Part shown: positions 55,979 through 64,000 of the stretch, in pieces
Position numbering within the stretch: the first letter of the stretch is position 1
How the letters are laid out: each line of letters begins with the position of its first letter
Source: an uncultured Methanosarcinales archaeon
Lineage (GTDB): Archaea; Nanobdellota; Nanobdellia; Woesearchaeales; UBA10107
Direction: 5' to 3'
NCBI GenBank assembly: GCA_965231065.1
Contig: OZ246410.1
Span: 323,046-387,045 of the forward strand
DNA: 64,000 nt
The notes under the pieces: generated by a model
The model's database searches: none
The model's input: the letters and a program-made list of their open reading frames with translations, nothing else
What the model was told of the DNA's origin: nothing
Translations under genes and position numbers: made by a program

Positions 55979-56136
55979 TTCCTTCGCATTGGTCTGAGAA
56001 TCTTGCTATTGCACTTTCTGCATTTGACGAGACCAGCAAGCACCATCATATTGGAAGATCTGATTACTGATTTGCATTTTCTGCATACGAATTTTCCCTT
56101 GATGAGTCGTGCTTCTGCTTCTGGAAACTTTGCCAT
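55975..56136 (-). CDS. rpl40e: 50S ribosomal protein L40e (unannotated, 53 aa)
   Basis: My translation is MAKFPEAEARLIKGKFVCRKCKSVIRSSNMMVLAGLVKCRKCNSKILRPMRRK. FPEAEAR N-terminus and C-x2-C...CRKC...LRP zinc-ribbon as in archaeal L40e. Stop overlaps the downstream gene start; lies directly downstream of aIF5A. Confidence 0.55.
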   Translation of the reverse strand: MAKFPEAEARLIKGKFVCRKCKSVIRSSNMMVLAGLVKCRKCNSKILRPMRRK

Positions 56137-56138
56137 AA

Positions 56139-56534
56139 TTATTCCTTGATCTGTTTCATCACTTTATCGTCTAATATTTCCCAATAAATGATCGTGACGC
56201 CTTCCTTGACCTTGTCTTTCAATTCATCAGGGATTGTCATATCCAATGTCTCGAATGTTGATGCGTCCATGATGTTGGCTTTATTGCCGTTAATCGAAAG
56301 GACTTGCGCTTCTTTCTTGCCGATGACCGGCACTTCGACTGAACCATGCGGCATAACGATGTCTCGTTTCTTTTCATCGATGATGCCTACAGCGACAATT
56401 CTGAATTTTGCGTGACCGTGCTTACCTGGTCTTGAGACATCGACAGAAACTACCTTACAGGCAGATTCATCGATTATCATCAAGCTGCCTGGCTTGATCA
56501 ATGAAACGTCAACAACTTTCCTTTCTCCTGTCAT
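56139..56534 (-). CDS. eif5a: Translation initiation factor 5A (aIF-5A), hypusine-containing
   Basis: SRPGKHGHAKFRIVAVGII hypusine loop (GKHGHAK); 131 aa. Confidence 0.85.
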   Translation of the reverse strand: MTGERKVVDVSLIKPGSLMIIDESACKVVSVDVSRPGKHGHAKFRIVAVGIIDEKKRDIVMPHGSVEVPVIGKKEAQVLSINGNKANIMDASTFETLDMTIPDELKDKVKEGVTIIYWEILDDKVMKQIKE

Positions 56535-56595
56535 CGTAAAAACACCTAAAACTGAGGATTATGGGTCATTTATAAAGCTTTTGGGAGTGAAATAG

Positions 56596-56667
56596 GTGCA
56601 CTGGCTGGGATTCGAACCCAGGCGAACAGCTTGGAAGGCTGTGATGCTACCGCTACATTACCAGTGC
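56596..56667 (-). tRNA. tRNA-Gly (anticodon UCC)
   Basis: Reverse complement reads GCACTGG-TA-ATGT-AGCGGTA-GCAT-C-ACAGC-CTTCCAA-GCTGT-TCGC-CTGGG-TTCGAAT-CCCAG-CCAGTGC-A-CC. Cloverleaf verified by hand; resembles the archaeal tRNA-Gly consensus. Confidence 0.8.
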
Positions 56668-56725
56668 TTTATCGGTATTCTTGAGCTAATGTTTTATTTA
56701 AATAGTTAACTAAGTGAAGAAGGGG

Positions 56726-57772
56726 CTAGATCAGTTCCCTAAACTGTTCCAAAAACCTATCAAAGTCATGTTTCTTGATTCCTGCGCCGCATGCTAAGTC
56801 ATGTCCGCCGCCGTAACCGTCAAGACCTTCAAGCGCTTTCAGCAATTTAGTTCTGATCTCAACAGAAGCAGATCGTAAAGAACATTTCATCTCGCCATCT
56901 TTCTCCCGTGCGATAATTATGATCTTCTTTGGATATTTGTAGATCAGATTATTGGAAATATCTGAGGTGAATGTCGCATCACCAAGGCTGGGATATCTAT
57001 ACACAAACAACTTTCCTTTCTGTTTCTTCATCTCCTGTTCAGCATGTGCTAGTATCTCTTGGTATTGCTTGTTGACTTCTTCATATCGTTTATAGATCGC
57101 TTTGCCTGCTTCTGTCTTCTGTTCTAGTATCTCAGTTGGATCATTAATCTTCATCATCTCGGCGATATGTTTTTTGACTGAATCCGTCTTTCCCTTCAGG
57201 ATGAAGTTAATTATAGTACATAATCTTCCGATCTCTGACTCAAACCGCGCCTTCGCCGGATCTTTTATCTTCGGATCGATGAGTTCAGGATGTTCTTTAC
57301 CGAATTCTTTCGTCTCTTTTGTGACATGCCAGTCGAATGTCGTACCGACAGCAGCAAGCCATAAATTCTCTTTAACGACATTGTAACAGATTGTTGTAGT
57401 AGGAGAAGAATCATCCTTGTCATAATCTCTCGGATTAAATACTTTCATGCCAGTCACTTCGGCATCACCAAGATGGTGGTCGACTTGGATCACCGGTACT
57501 TTGACTTCATCGACAAATTCCTGTGAAATGCCCATTGTTGGAATGTCCAATAAAAATATCTTATCCGGTTGAATTTCTTGAACACGTTTCAGCATGTTGA
57601 CATCGACCATGCGTTCAACACGCACGATGCCGACGCCTTCTTTTTTGTACTTGTAGAGCAATAAGAATGCGCACAAACCATCGCCATCCTTATCATAGAT
57701 GAATAACGGGTTCTTGCAGCTATCTAATTCTTCTTTCAGTTCCTTTAATTTCTTTGCTGGAAGCATAAGCAT
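56726..57772 (-). CDS. DHH-family phosphoesterase (DHH + DHHA1; NrnA/RecJ-like nanoRNase/exonuclease)
   Basis: VIQVDHHLGD (DHH) and C-terminal GGGHDLACG (DHHA1). Start trimmed to MLMLPAKK (57772), which has its own TTTATAAG TATA upstream. Confidence 0.65.
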   Translation of the reverse strand: MLMLPAKKLKELKEELDSCKNPLFIYDKDGDGLCAFLLLYKYKKEGVGIVRVERMVDVNMLKRVQEIQPDKIFLLDIPTMGISQEFVDEVKVPVIQVDHHLGDAEVTGMKVFNPRDYDKDDSSPTTTICYNVVKENLWLAAVGTTFDWHVTKETKEFGKEHPELIDPKIKDPAKARFESEIGRLCTIINFILKGKTDSVKKHIAEMMKINDPTEILEQKTEAGKAIYKRYEEVNKQYQEILAHAEQEMKKQKGKLFVYRYPSLGDATFTSDISNNLIYKYPKKIIIIAREKDGEMKCSLRSASVEIRTKLLKALEGLDGYGGGHDLACGAGIKKHDFDRFLEQFRELI

Positions 57773-57861
57773 TAACTCTTTCTGTTCATTTAAATAGTTT
57801 CTTATAAAGCACGAGACAGCTACGGCAAATGTATATAAACTTAATTTCATAATAAAATACA

Positions 57862-59016
57862 ATGAGACATGGAGGTAAGACAGCATATCTAAAAAAGCTT
57901 ACAGATAAATTCCAGTTCAAATCAATCGATGTCGGCACCGAGATGGACGGTTCTTCTCCTCCGGGTGTGTTTGTTGGAAGATTTGGCTATCCGAAAGTTC
58001 TCATAGGACCATTATTGACACCACAGCACGGCGATACCGAAGTCATGGACAAACCAGAAGCATGGATACCCGAAAAAAAGAATCCTGATGATGTGATTAA
58101 TTACCGATTGAATCTGGTTAGAGGAAAACAATCAGTCGGCATCAAAGAACTCGACAATAAACTGGTTCAGCAGATGCGAGAGATCGCTCTGGCAAAGAAT
58201 TCTGTCGAATCAGAGGCATCATTCACAAAAAAACCACGAGGATTCAATATAAATGAAGAGACCCAACCTTTTGGTCCAAGTGCAGAACTGAATAAATTTT
58301 CAGTTGGCAATGTCAAGTGGGAACAAAAACTAGAGAAAGTATTTAATGATACTGACCTCAAAGCGAGAGATGCTGTCTTGGACTCATACAAAAAAGGCGT
58401 TCTAGTATCACAAATACAAAAAGCATTCTCAATCGGTTCGATGGGAATGAAAGATAACCGGAAATTGGTTCCGACACGATGGTCTATTACAGCGATCGAT
58501 GATACTATTGGAAAACATTTGGTCGATGAGGTAAAGCAAAATGATCTGATCAGTGAATATCGCGTCTATGAATTCAAGGCGTTCAACAATTATTTCGCCA
58601 TTATGCTCACACCTACTTTTTGGCAGTATGAGTGGATGGAAGCGTTCATCAAGGTCATGGGCAATGAAGTCGCTGTTTTCGCTGATCATGAAGAATTTAC
58701 CGGCAAGAAGGAATATTCATCCGTCGGCGGCTGTTTTTATTCGGTTAGATTGGCAGTCGCTGAAAAACTAAAAGAAGAACGAAGACAGGCAGGTGCGATC
58801 GTATTCAGAGAAGCATATCCCGGTTACGTACCATTAGGTGTTTGGCTGTGTAGGGAATTGACAAGAAACGCTATGAAGACAAAGCCATTACTGTTTGAGA
58901 ATGAGTCATCTGCATTGAATCATATCTCTTCCAAATTGATGTTATCGATGGACCGCTTCAGAAGAGAAAGTGTATTCTTGAATACAAAACAGATGATGAT
59001 CACGAATTACTATTAG
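57862..59016 (+). CDS. Conserved hypothetical cytoplasmic protein (384 aa)
   Basis: Leaderless ATG 27 nt downstream of a GTATATAAAC TATA; no motif I can assign confidently. Confidence 0.3.
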   Translation: MRHGGKTAYLKKLTDKFQFKSIDVGTEMDGSSPPGVFVGRFGYPKVLIGPLLTPQHGDTEVMDKPEAWIPEKKNPDDVINYRLNLVRGKQSVGIKELDNKLVQQMREIALAKNSVESEASFTKKPRGFNINEETQPFGPSAELNKFSVGNVKWEQKLEKVFNDTDLKARDAVLDSYKKGVLVSQIQKAFSIGSMGMKDNRKLVPTRWSITAIDDTIGKHLVDEVKQNDLISEYRVYEFKAFNNYFAIMLTPTFWQYEWMEAFIKVMGNEVAVFADHEEFTGKKEYSSVGGCFYSVRLAVAEKLKEERRQAGAIVFREAYPGYVPLGVWLCRELTRNAMKTKPLLFENESSALNHISSKLMLSMDRFRRESVFLNTKQMMITNYY

Positions 59017-60842
59017 TCTTCAACCACCGCTTTTATCCTTCTGATGCCTGCAGCGACACCTTCTTCTTTTATGATCTTGAACACACCGACTTCAGAAGTA
59101 TTTTTGACATGCGGACCCATGCATATCTCCATAGAGTAATTACCAACTTTATAGACTGATACGCGAGGAGGGTATCGTACACCGAACTCTGACTGAGCTC
59201 CTTTCTCCTTCGCTTCGTCGACACTCATCTCTGATTTAGTAACATCGAGTCCCATCTTGACGACCCGATTGACTTCGTCCTCAACCCTCTTCACTTCTTC
59301 TGGCGTCAATTTTCTTCCAAAATTAAAGTCAAATCGTAATCTCTCTGCGGTGATGTTTGATCCTTTCTGGACGATGGAAGGATCAACGACTTTACGCAAC
59401 GCTTCATTCAATAGATGTGTTGCAGTATGCATGCGTGTCGTTCTGGTTCCATGATCAGCCAATCCGCCCTTGAATTTCTTTTCAGCACCAACTCTTGATA
59501 ATTCCTGGTGTTTTTCATATTCTTCTTTGTACGCGGCGGTATCAACCACCAACTCATTTTCATGCGCTAACTCGATGGTCATCTCAATGGGAAATCCATA
59601 GCTCTGGAATAATAGGAATGCAGTCTTGCCAGGTATCTTATTGTCTCCTTTCTGATCCAATTCAGCTGCTATTTTCTGGAATTCTTTCAGTCCGTTGATG
59701 ATCGTCTTCCTGAATTTCTGCTCTTCTTTTGTCAATTCAGTAAGGATGTGTTCTCGTTTCCGTTCAAGGATCGGATAATCATCTTTATACATATCGATGA
59801 TGAACGCTGCTATTTCGCCGCAGAAGTCTTTTTCGATGCCCAGACCGATACCATGTTTCATGGCTCGTCTGATGAATCTTCGTAATATGTACCCTTGATC
59901 ATTGTTGGAAGGAACGATGTCACGCTCATCTCCTAAAATAAAAGTAGCTGCGCGCATGTGATCGGTGATGATCCTGAATGACTGGATATTCTCTTTTGTC
60001 TGCTTCCTGCCTGATATCTTTGATACTTTATCCATGATCGGCTTGAACAACTCTGTCTCATACACATCAGCATATCCTTGGATGACCATCGCGGTACGCT
60101 CGACACCCATGCCCGTATCGACATTTTGTTTTTTCAGCGGATGAAATTCACCGTCTTTAGTCTTATTGTACTGCATGAACACATCATTCCAGATCTCTAC
60201 CCAGTTCTTATCTTTCGGGTCAAATACTTTGGGCGCAGGCTTATCATTCGGTTTCCAGTAGAACATCTCGGTATCAGGACCGCAGGGACCGGTCTCTCCT
60301 GCTGGACCCCACCAATTATCTTCTTTCGGTAAGAATGCGATTCTTTCTTTCGGAACGCCTTGACTCGTCCATATCTTTGCTGCTTCTTCATCCTTTGGAG
60401 CATCTTGGTCGCCAGCAAAACAAGTGACTGCCAATCGATTTTTATCCAAAGCTAACCATTTTTTATCAGTGAGGAATTCCCATGACCATGAAATAGCTTC
60501 TTTCTTGAAGTAATCTCCTAATGACCAGTTGCCAAGCATCTCGAAGAACGTGGTGTGTGTCTCATCACCGACATGATCGATATCCTGAGTCCTGATGCAT
60601 TTCTGTACGTCACACAACCGTTTTCCTAATGGATGCGGTTCTCCCATCAAGAAAGGAACCAATGGGTGCATGCCTGCGGTTGTGAAAAGAACAGTCGGAT
60701 CGTTCTCGGGAGCCAATGAAGCAGAAGGTATGACTACATGTCCCTTGGTCTCAAAAAATTTCAGATATTTTTGCTTCAATTCTTTGCCTTTCATGAGTGT
60801 AACGAATGAAATGGCCTGCACGACTGGGTCGGGCAACTGCAT
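59013..60842 (-). CDS. alaS: Alanyl-tRNA synthetase, short bacterial-type (catalytic + tRNA-recognition + editing core; no C-Ala domain)
   Basis: LFTTAGMHPLVPFLMG, WNDVFMQYNK and DTGMGVERTAMVIQ (class II AlaRS core); editing-domain HTATHLLNEALRK...CMGPHV; only 609 aa. Confidence 0.75.
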   Translation of the reverse strand: MQLPDPVVQAISFVTLMKGKELKQKYLKFFETKGHVVIPSASLAPENDPTVLFTTAGMHPLVPFLMGEPHPLGKRLCDVQKCIRTQDIDHVGDETHTTFFEMLGNWSLGDYFKKEAISWSWEFLTDKKWLALDKNRLAVTCFAGDQDAPKDEEAAKIWTSQGVPKERIAFLPKEDNWWGPAGETGPCGPDTEMFYWKPNDKPAPKVFDPKDKNWVEIWNDVFMQYNKTKDGEFHPLKKQNVDTGMGVERTAMVIQGYADVYETELFKPIMDKVSKISGRKQTKENIQSFRIITDHMRAATFILGDERDIVPSNNDQGYILRRFIRRAMKHGIGLGIEKDFCGEIAAFIIDMYKDDYPILERKREHILTELTKEEQKFRKTIINGLKEFQKIAAELDQKGDNKIPGKTAFLLFQSYGFPIEMTIELAHENELVVDTAAYKEEYEKHQELSRVGAEKKFKGGLADHGTRTTRMHTATHLLNEALRKVVDPSIVQKGSNITAERLRFDFNFGRKLTPEEVKRVEDEVNRVVKMGLDVTKSEMSVDEAKEKGAQSEFGVRYPPRVSVYKVGNYSMEICMGPHVKNTSEVGVFKIIKEEGVAAGIRRIKAVVED

Positions 60843-60921
60843 TTCATTGTTAAAAGAAGTATTGTGGCTGTTTTTATAGTTTATGGTATGGGCTCCCTCT
60901 GCCTTTTCTTTGTTGGGGTGG

Positions 60922-61347
60922 TTAAGAAGAGAAATTGCCTAGGGAGCCATGAGATTCTTTCTTCCACAGCATGCCGATCTTGTTTAATTCATCGACAAAC
61001 TTATGGCTGATGACATATTTTTTCTTGTAGAGATCATAGTCGATCATCCCCATGGATCGCATCGGTGTCAATATCCTGTCGTAGAACTGTCTTTTGTTAT
61101 AGGAGATCTTCACATTCTCATTCTTCTTGATCGGTCCGATAGAGATCTCTGTCTCGGTCATCATACCAGCATGCAGAGTATTTGCGAAGATACTCATCTG
61201 AGTCTTGTCCAAAGCACCGACATGTGATTTCATCTCCCGCAATAAAAGTTTAGCGACCGTGACTTGCTGGTCTGTAGCGAACACTACGGAGAAGATATCG
61301 TCAGGCATGTGGAATATATCGAACAAGATGACCATGAATTCATTCAA
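60922..61347 (-). CDS. Hypothetical protein (141 aa)
   Basis: ORF only. Confidence 0.25.
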   Translation of the reverse strand: MNEFMVILFDIFHMPDDIFSVVFATDQQVTVAKLLLREMKSHVGALDKTQMSIFANTLHAGMMTETEISIGPIKKNENVKISYNKRQFYDRILTPMRSMGMIDYDLYKKKYVISHKFVDELNKIGMLWKKESHGSLGNFSS

Positions 61348-61735
61348 GGTTGTTCGGTATATAAATGTTACCCTTTAGTATACTGGTGTCTATAAGTATG
61401 TTTAAATTGATAAATGAGCGTCCATGAGTGGCAGTTTTATTATGTCATAGTATCTCGGTACGATCTGATTTTTCTTTGTAAAAATTACTCTTTTCTCAAT
61501 TAATATTACTTGAAGCAGCAAATCTGATTAATCCCGTGCAGAAATTTCTGATATTATTTTTTTTGTTTTCATCTGTGTATGCACTTCTTTCTCTTCTAAA
61601 GAAATATTTTCTTATCGCTTTGACTCACTCCCAGTAAGAAATCGAAAATAGATAAGTATATAAAATAAAAGTTAATTGATTATGATTACATATATAGGTT
61701 GCAATAGTCACATTAGAGTTACTAAGGGGGAATTA

Positions 61736-62005
61736 ATGAAAACAAAGGAGACATTCGGCGTATTTTTCCGTGAAAAGCCAGCAATGATGTTGTTGGGTCT
61801 GCACAATGCCAAAGGTCCCATCTACGCTTCTTCATTAGCCAAAAGTGTCGACTGCACTTATTCTCATGTGGTCAAGATATTGCAGCACATGGAACAGTCA
61901 AATCTGATCAGCTTTCAAAAGACAGGGCGACTGAAGTTGCTCACCTTAACAAAAGAAGGAAGAACAGTCGCAGAGCACATAAACCAAGTTAAAAACCTTC
62001 TATAA
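61736..62005 (+). CDS. Small winged-helix transcription regulator (MarR/TrmB-like)
   Basis: Start trimmed to MKTKETF, which has a GGGGG RBS; LAKSVDCTYSHVVKILQHMEQSNLISF recognition-helix pattern. Confidence 0.45.
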   Translation: MKTKETFGVFFREKPAMMLLGLHNAKGPIYASSLAKSVDCTYSHVVKILQHMEQSNLISFQKTGRLKLLTLTKEGRTVAEHINQVKNLL

Positions 62006-62046
62006 GCCCAAAGTCTTATAAATGAGTATTTTTCATTAAATTCTAC

Positions 62047-62121
62047 AGCGAGATAGAGCAGCCTGGAGTGCTCGTCGGGCTCATAACCCGAAGGTCGGTG
62101 GTTCAAATCCACCTCTCGCTA
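62047..62121 (+). tRNA. Initiator tRNA-Met (anticodon CAU), archaeal type with A1:U72
   Basis: AGCGAGA-TA-GAGC-AGCCTGGAGT-GCTC-G-TCGGG-CTCATAA-CCCGA-AGGTC-GGTGG-TTCAAAT-CCACC-TCTCGCT-A; three consecutive G:C pairs in the anticodon stem; a TTATAAAT box about 25-30 nt upstream; CCA not encoded. Confidence 0.8.
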
Positions 62122-62180
62122 TTTCACTGTCGCTGTGGTAGTGACCCGAACTAAGTTCGTGCGGACCACAGCTCCTCATT

Positions 62181-62322
62181 GTCGCTGTGGCACAGCTCGG
62201 TACTGCGCTGGATTGCTACGATAGCATGTGCACGATGTTTGTATTGACAAAAGATGAATGCACATTCCTTGCAGATATTCAGTTTCCGAAAGGATTCCCC
62301 GGTTCAAATCCGGGCAGCGACG
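62181..62322 (+). tRNA. tRNA-Ser (anticodon GCU) with a roughly 58-nt intron at the canonical 37/38 position
   Basis: Exon 1 (62181-62218) has acceptor GTCGCTG, a 3-bp D-stem GCA/TGC with a long D-loop, anticodon stem CTGGA, and loop TTGCTA. Exon 2 (62277-62322) has A-TTCAG, the long variable arm TTTCCGAAAGGATTC, T-arm CCCGG-TTCAAAT-CCGGG, CAGCGAC, and discriminator G. The intron contains the ATGTGCA...TGCACAT helix. Confidence 0.6.
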
Positions 62323-62436
62323 TTTTCTATTCCAGATAGTGAGCTGCATGGGCCCGCACGACAGTAGTCGGGCGTTTGTCCGGGCAGCGACGTTTATTTT
62401 CTTAAACTTTAAATAAGAGTTATTGTTGGACTGATC

Positions 62437-62739
62437 ATGACGAATGACTTGCAGACAAAGTTGAAAAGCGGACTTTACATCACAATCGGTTCTGCAAAGA
62501 AAGATGTAATCTATGATATGGATGACTGCGGATTTGTCAAATGGATTAATTTTGTTGCAGATCAACAAAAAGACAGTTTGGTTCGACACATCGCAGCAAC
62601 GTATGATCCAAAGAGAGATGGTGCGCTGTCGCCTATGATCCGTTCAGTTTACATCAGTGGATTTGAGCGTGATGGTGTCAAATTCAATAAAAATATTCAA
62701 GAATGGTCTGAGTTCGAGAAACGAATGTTGAGAAGTTAA
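62437..62739 (+). CDS. Hypothetical protein (100 aa)
   Basis: ORF only. Confidence 0.25.
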   Translation: MTNDLQTKLKSGLYITIGSAKKDVIYDMDDCGFVKWINFVADQQKDSLVRHIAATYDPKRDGALSPMIRSVYISGFERDGVKFNKNIQEWSEFEKRMLRS

Positions 62740-63197
62740 TATGTTCTATTTCTTTTATTGTTCGCTTGTCGTCTGATCTTGCTCTTCTTCTTGTCTTTTC
62801 TGATGTCCTGTTCCCGTCGTCTGATCTGTTTCTCTGATTTGTTCTGTGATTTTCTGACTTGATTCCGGTTGCTGACATCAAGATGGAAGCGTTTCTTCGC
62901 CATATTCAACAATGCGACAAAGGCCTCGTGCACTCCCCGCGGCAGATCCCAGTCATGCACGTGATCAACATTGATGGAGTTCTCAGCATAGATCAGCTTG
63001 AGATGCACAGAATATTTTGCTCGCTTACCGCCCTTGTTATATGCCTTGACGTGCACCAACACATTGATATCATTATGTACATCTCTTTGGAGAACAGGAA
63101 AATATTCCTGAGCGATACCTTTGACAATAGTCTGTTCCAGTGGTTCTAGTTCACGCAGGCCGGTGAATTCCAATTGATTGAACGGACCGAATGCCAT
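62736..63197 (-). CDS. Basic-tailed protein with possible ribosome-hibernation-factor (HPF/YfiA)-like fold
   Basis: LEFTGLRELEPLEQTIVKGIAQEYFPVLQR...VDHVHDWDLPRGVHEAFVALLNMAKK loosely matches the HPF beta-alpha-beta-beta-beta-alpha pattern; C-terminal tail of about 45 residues is Lys/Arg-rich. Confidence 0.25.
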   Translation of the reverse strand: MAFGPFNQLEFTGLRELEPLEQTIVKGIAQEYFPVLQRDVHNDINVLVHVKAYNKGGKRAKYSVHLKLIYAENSINVDHVHDWDLPRGVHEAFVALLNMAKKRFHLDVSNRNQVRKSQNKSEKQIRRREQDIRKDKKKSKIRRQANNKRNRTY

Positions 63198-63275
63198 ATG
63201 ATAACTATATTTGCTACGTTTTTAAACCTTTTGAATCCGAAACATTTTTAATGAGCATTTCACATTCTCTACTGA

Positions 63276-64000
63276 ATGAAGAAATCAACTCTGCTCATTC
63301 TGATCATCTCGACGATACTTCTTGTTTCCTGTGCAATACCGGTACAGCAAGCAGCTCCTTCGCAAGCTCCAGCGCAACAACAAGAACAAGCCGCAACGAT
63401 CGGCGCAACAGTCACTTCAGCACCGACTTCTGTCCAGGGAGGAGAAAAATTCCAGATCAGCTGGAGAGTCCAGGGAACACCGAAGACAATCATATCCCAT
63501 ACTGCGATCCAATACGACACAGAATCTCATCCGGGAAGCTTAGGGCTTGATGTTATTCCTCCGAAAGTAGGATACAAACAACTGACAACCGAATACGTAT
63601 CCGGTCAATATTATTTACCGAGTACATTCATGACAACCATCGCTGCTCCAAAGGATGCAGACATGATTTATTTCAGAGCATATGCAATCATCAACGGTGA
63701 GAATTACTGGAGTCCTGAACAATCGATCAAAATCCTGAAAGGCTCTGAATCGCAGAGCGCGAGTTCTGTAAAATCATTCACGATATTGGCAAATGACAAG
63801 GTAGCAAGTCCGAATGCGTTGACGGTAGCGAAAGGAACGCACTTCTTCATTACGTTCACCGTCGATACGACAGATGTCTATCACGCCGGCCTTGATTTTA
63901 AAAGTTCGATATTTAATAGTCCTTCTGTAAAGCCAGGAACTTCATGGACAACACCTGAATTGACTGCAGATGCGTCATTCAAGATCTCTGCATACTGGCC
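63276..64000 (+). CDS. Secreted lipoprotein-like hypothetical protein, 3' end beyond the window
   Basis: My translation is MKKSTLLILIISTILLVSCAIPVQQAAPSQAPAQQQEQAA... It is open to the window end. Confidence 0.45.
   Translation, partial: MKKSTLLILIISTILLVSCAIPVQQAAPSQAPAQQQEQAATIGATVTSAPTSVQGGEKFQISWRVQGTPKTIISHTAIQYDTESHPGSLGLDVIPPKVGYKQLTTEYVSGQYYLPSTFMTTIAAPKDADMIYFRAYAIINGENYWSPEQSIKILKGSESQSASSVKSFTILANDKVASPNALTVAKGTHFFITFTVDTTDVYHAGLDFKSSIFNSPSVKPGTSWTTPELTADASFKISAYW

Noticed and set aside
57862-59016. Temptation to call the 384-aa protein an Nre-family DNA-repair protein or a TiaS-like enzyme
   Set aside because: I could not recall a diagnostic motif to support either; left as conserved hypothetical.
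60886-60948. Inverted repeat GGGCTCCCT ... AGGGAGCC with a roughly 43-nt loop upstream of alaS
   Set aside because: Its downstream arm lies inside the 3' end of the neighbouring coding sequence and the loop holds the alaS TATA box; more likely coincidental than a riboswitch or T-box-like element. I found no archaeal T-box precedent and no specifier or antiterminator features.
61915-62589. ORFs 61915-62112 (65 aa) and 62176-62589 (137 aa) on the minus strand
   Set aside because: They are antisense to the tRNA-iMet and tRNA-Ser genes and start with GTG inside the tRNA; spurious.
1-64000. Search for CRISPR arrays, cas genes, transposases, integrases and toxin-antitoxin pairs
   Set aside because: No regularly spaced direct repeats, no RuvC/HNH/transposase DDE or tyrosine-recombinase motifs recognised by eye. 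The tRNA-flanking repeats are the only integration-like footprint, and they come without a recombinase.

Overview
This window is an AT-rich (roughly 38-45% GC) archaeal chromosomal segment. The evidence for an archaeon is direct: an aIF5A gene with the hypusine-site motif, an unannotated ribosomal protein L40e gene, an archaeal Trm-G10 tRNA methyltransferase, an initiator tRNA-Met with an A1:U72 pair, a tRNA-Ser carrying a bulge-helix-bulge-type intron, an AglB/STT3 oligosaccharyltransferase with the WWDFG motif, and BRE/TATA promoters with many leaderless starts. I cannot assign the lineage; a short bacterial-type AlaRS and the gene content are compatible with a DPANN-, Altiarchaeota- or Methanobacteria-like organism.

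Positions 1-28449 form a roughly 28-kb glycan-assembly island that is almost entirely minus-strand and translationally coupled. It holds a NeuB-like nonulosonic acid synthase, a complete GDP-D-glycero-alpha-D-manno-heptose pathway (transaldolase, GmhA, HddA, fused HddC-GmhB), three GT9 heptosyltransferase paralogs, three SAM methyltransferases, and GT4 and GT2 enzymes including four Dol-P-sugar-synthase-like GT2s. It also holds a tandem pair of small 4-TM ArnE/ArnF- or GtrA-like flippase candidates, five GT-C-like polytopic proteins (two YfhO-like, two PMT/ArnT-like, and AglB), and one compositionally foreign plus-strand GT4 insert.

Positions 28.6-42.7 kb encode cell-surface proteins. The first operon is a PT-rich TM protein, a 581-aa protein whose C-terminal half looks like an outer-membrane beta-barrel with a terminal beta-signal ending in Phe, and a PKD/CARDB adhesin. 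It is followed by a CARDB surface protein, a secreted tandem-HKD PLD, a secreted Lon-like S16 protease, an FN3 membrane protein, a 711-aa adhesin and a membrane-anchored cyclophilin. A consensus promoter-leader cassette (GAAAGGTTTATATA ... TTGGGGG) occurs three times; the third copy has no ORF and drives a strong hairpin, so it is an sRNA candidate.

Positions 42.7-64 kb are housekeeping: type IA topoisomerase, a MoaD-like Ubl with a post-GG extension, an HTH-CBS regulator, a NurA-like nuclease, PEP synthase, Trm-G10, SpeH, an S2P protease, a fused double-SDR, L40e, aIF5A, tRNA-Gly, a DHH phosphoesterase, AlaRS, tRNA-iMet, intron-containing tRNA-Ser(GCU) with duplicated tRNA-end fragments, and an HPF/YfiA-like basic protein. 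I found no CRISPR array, transposase or integrase.
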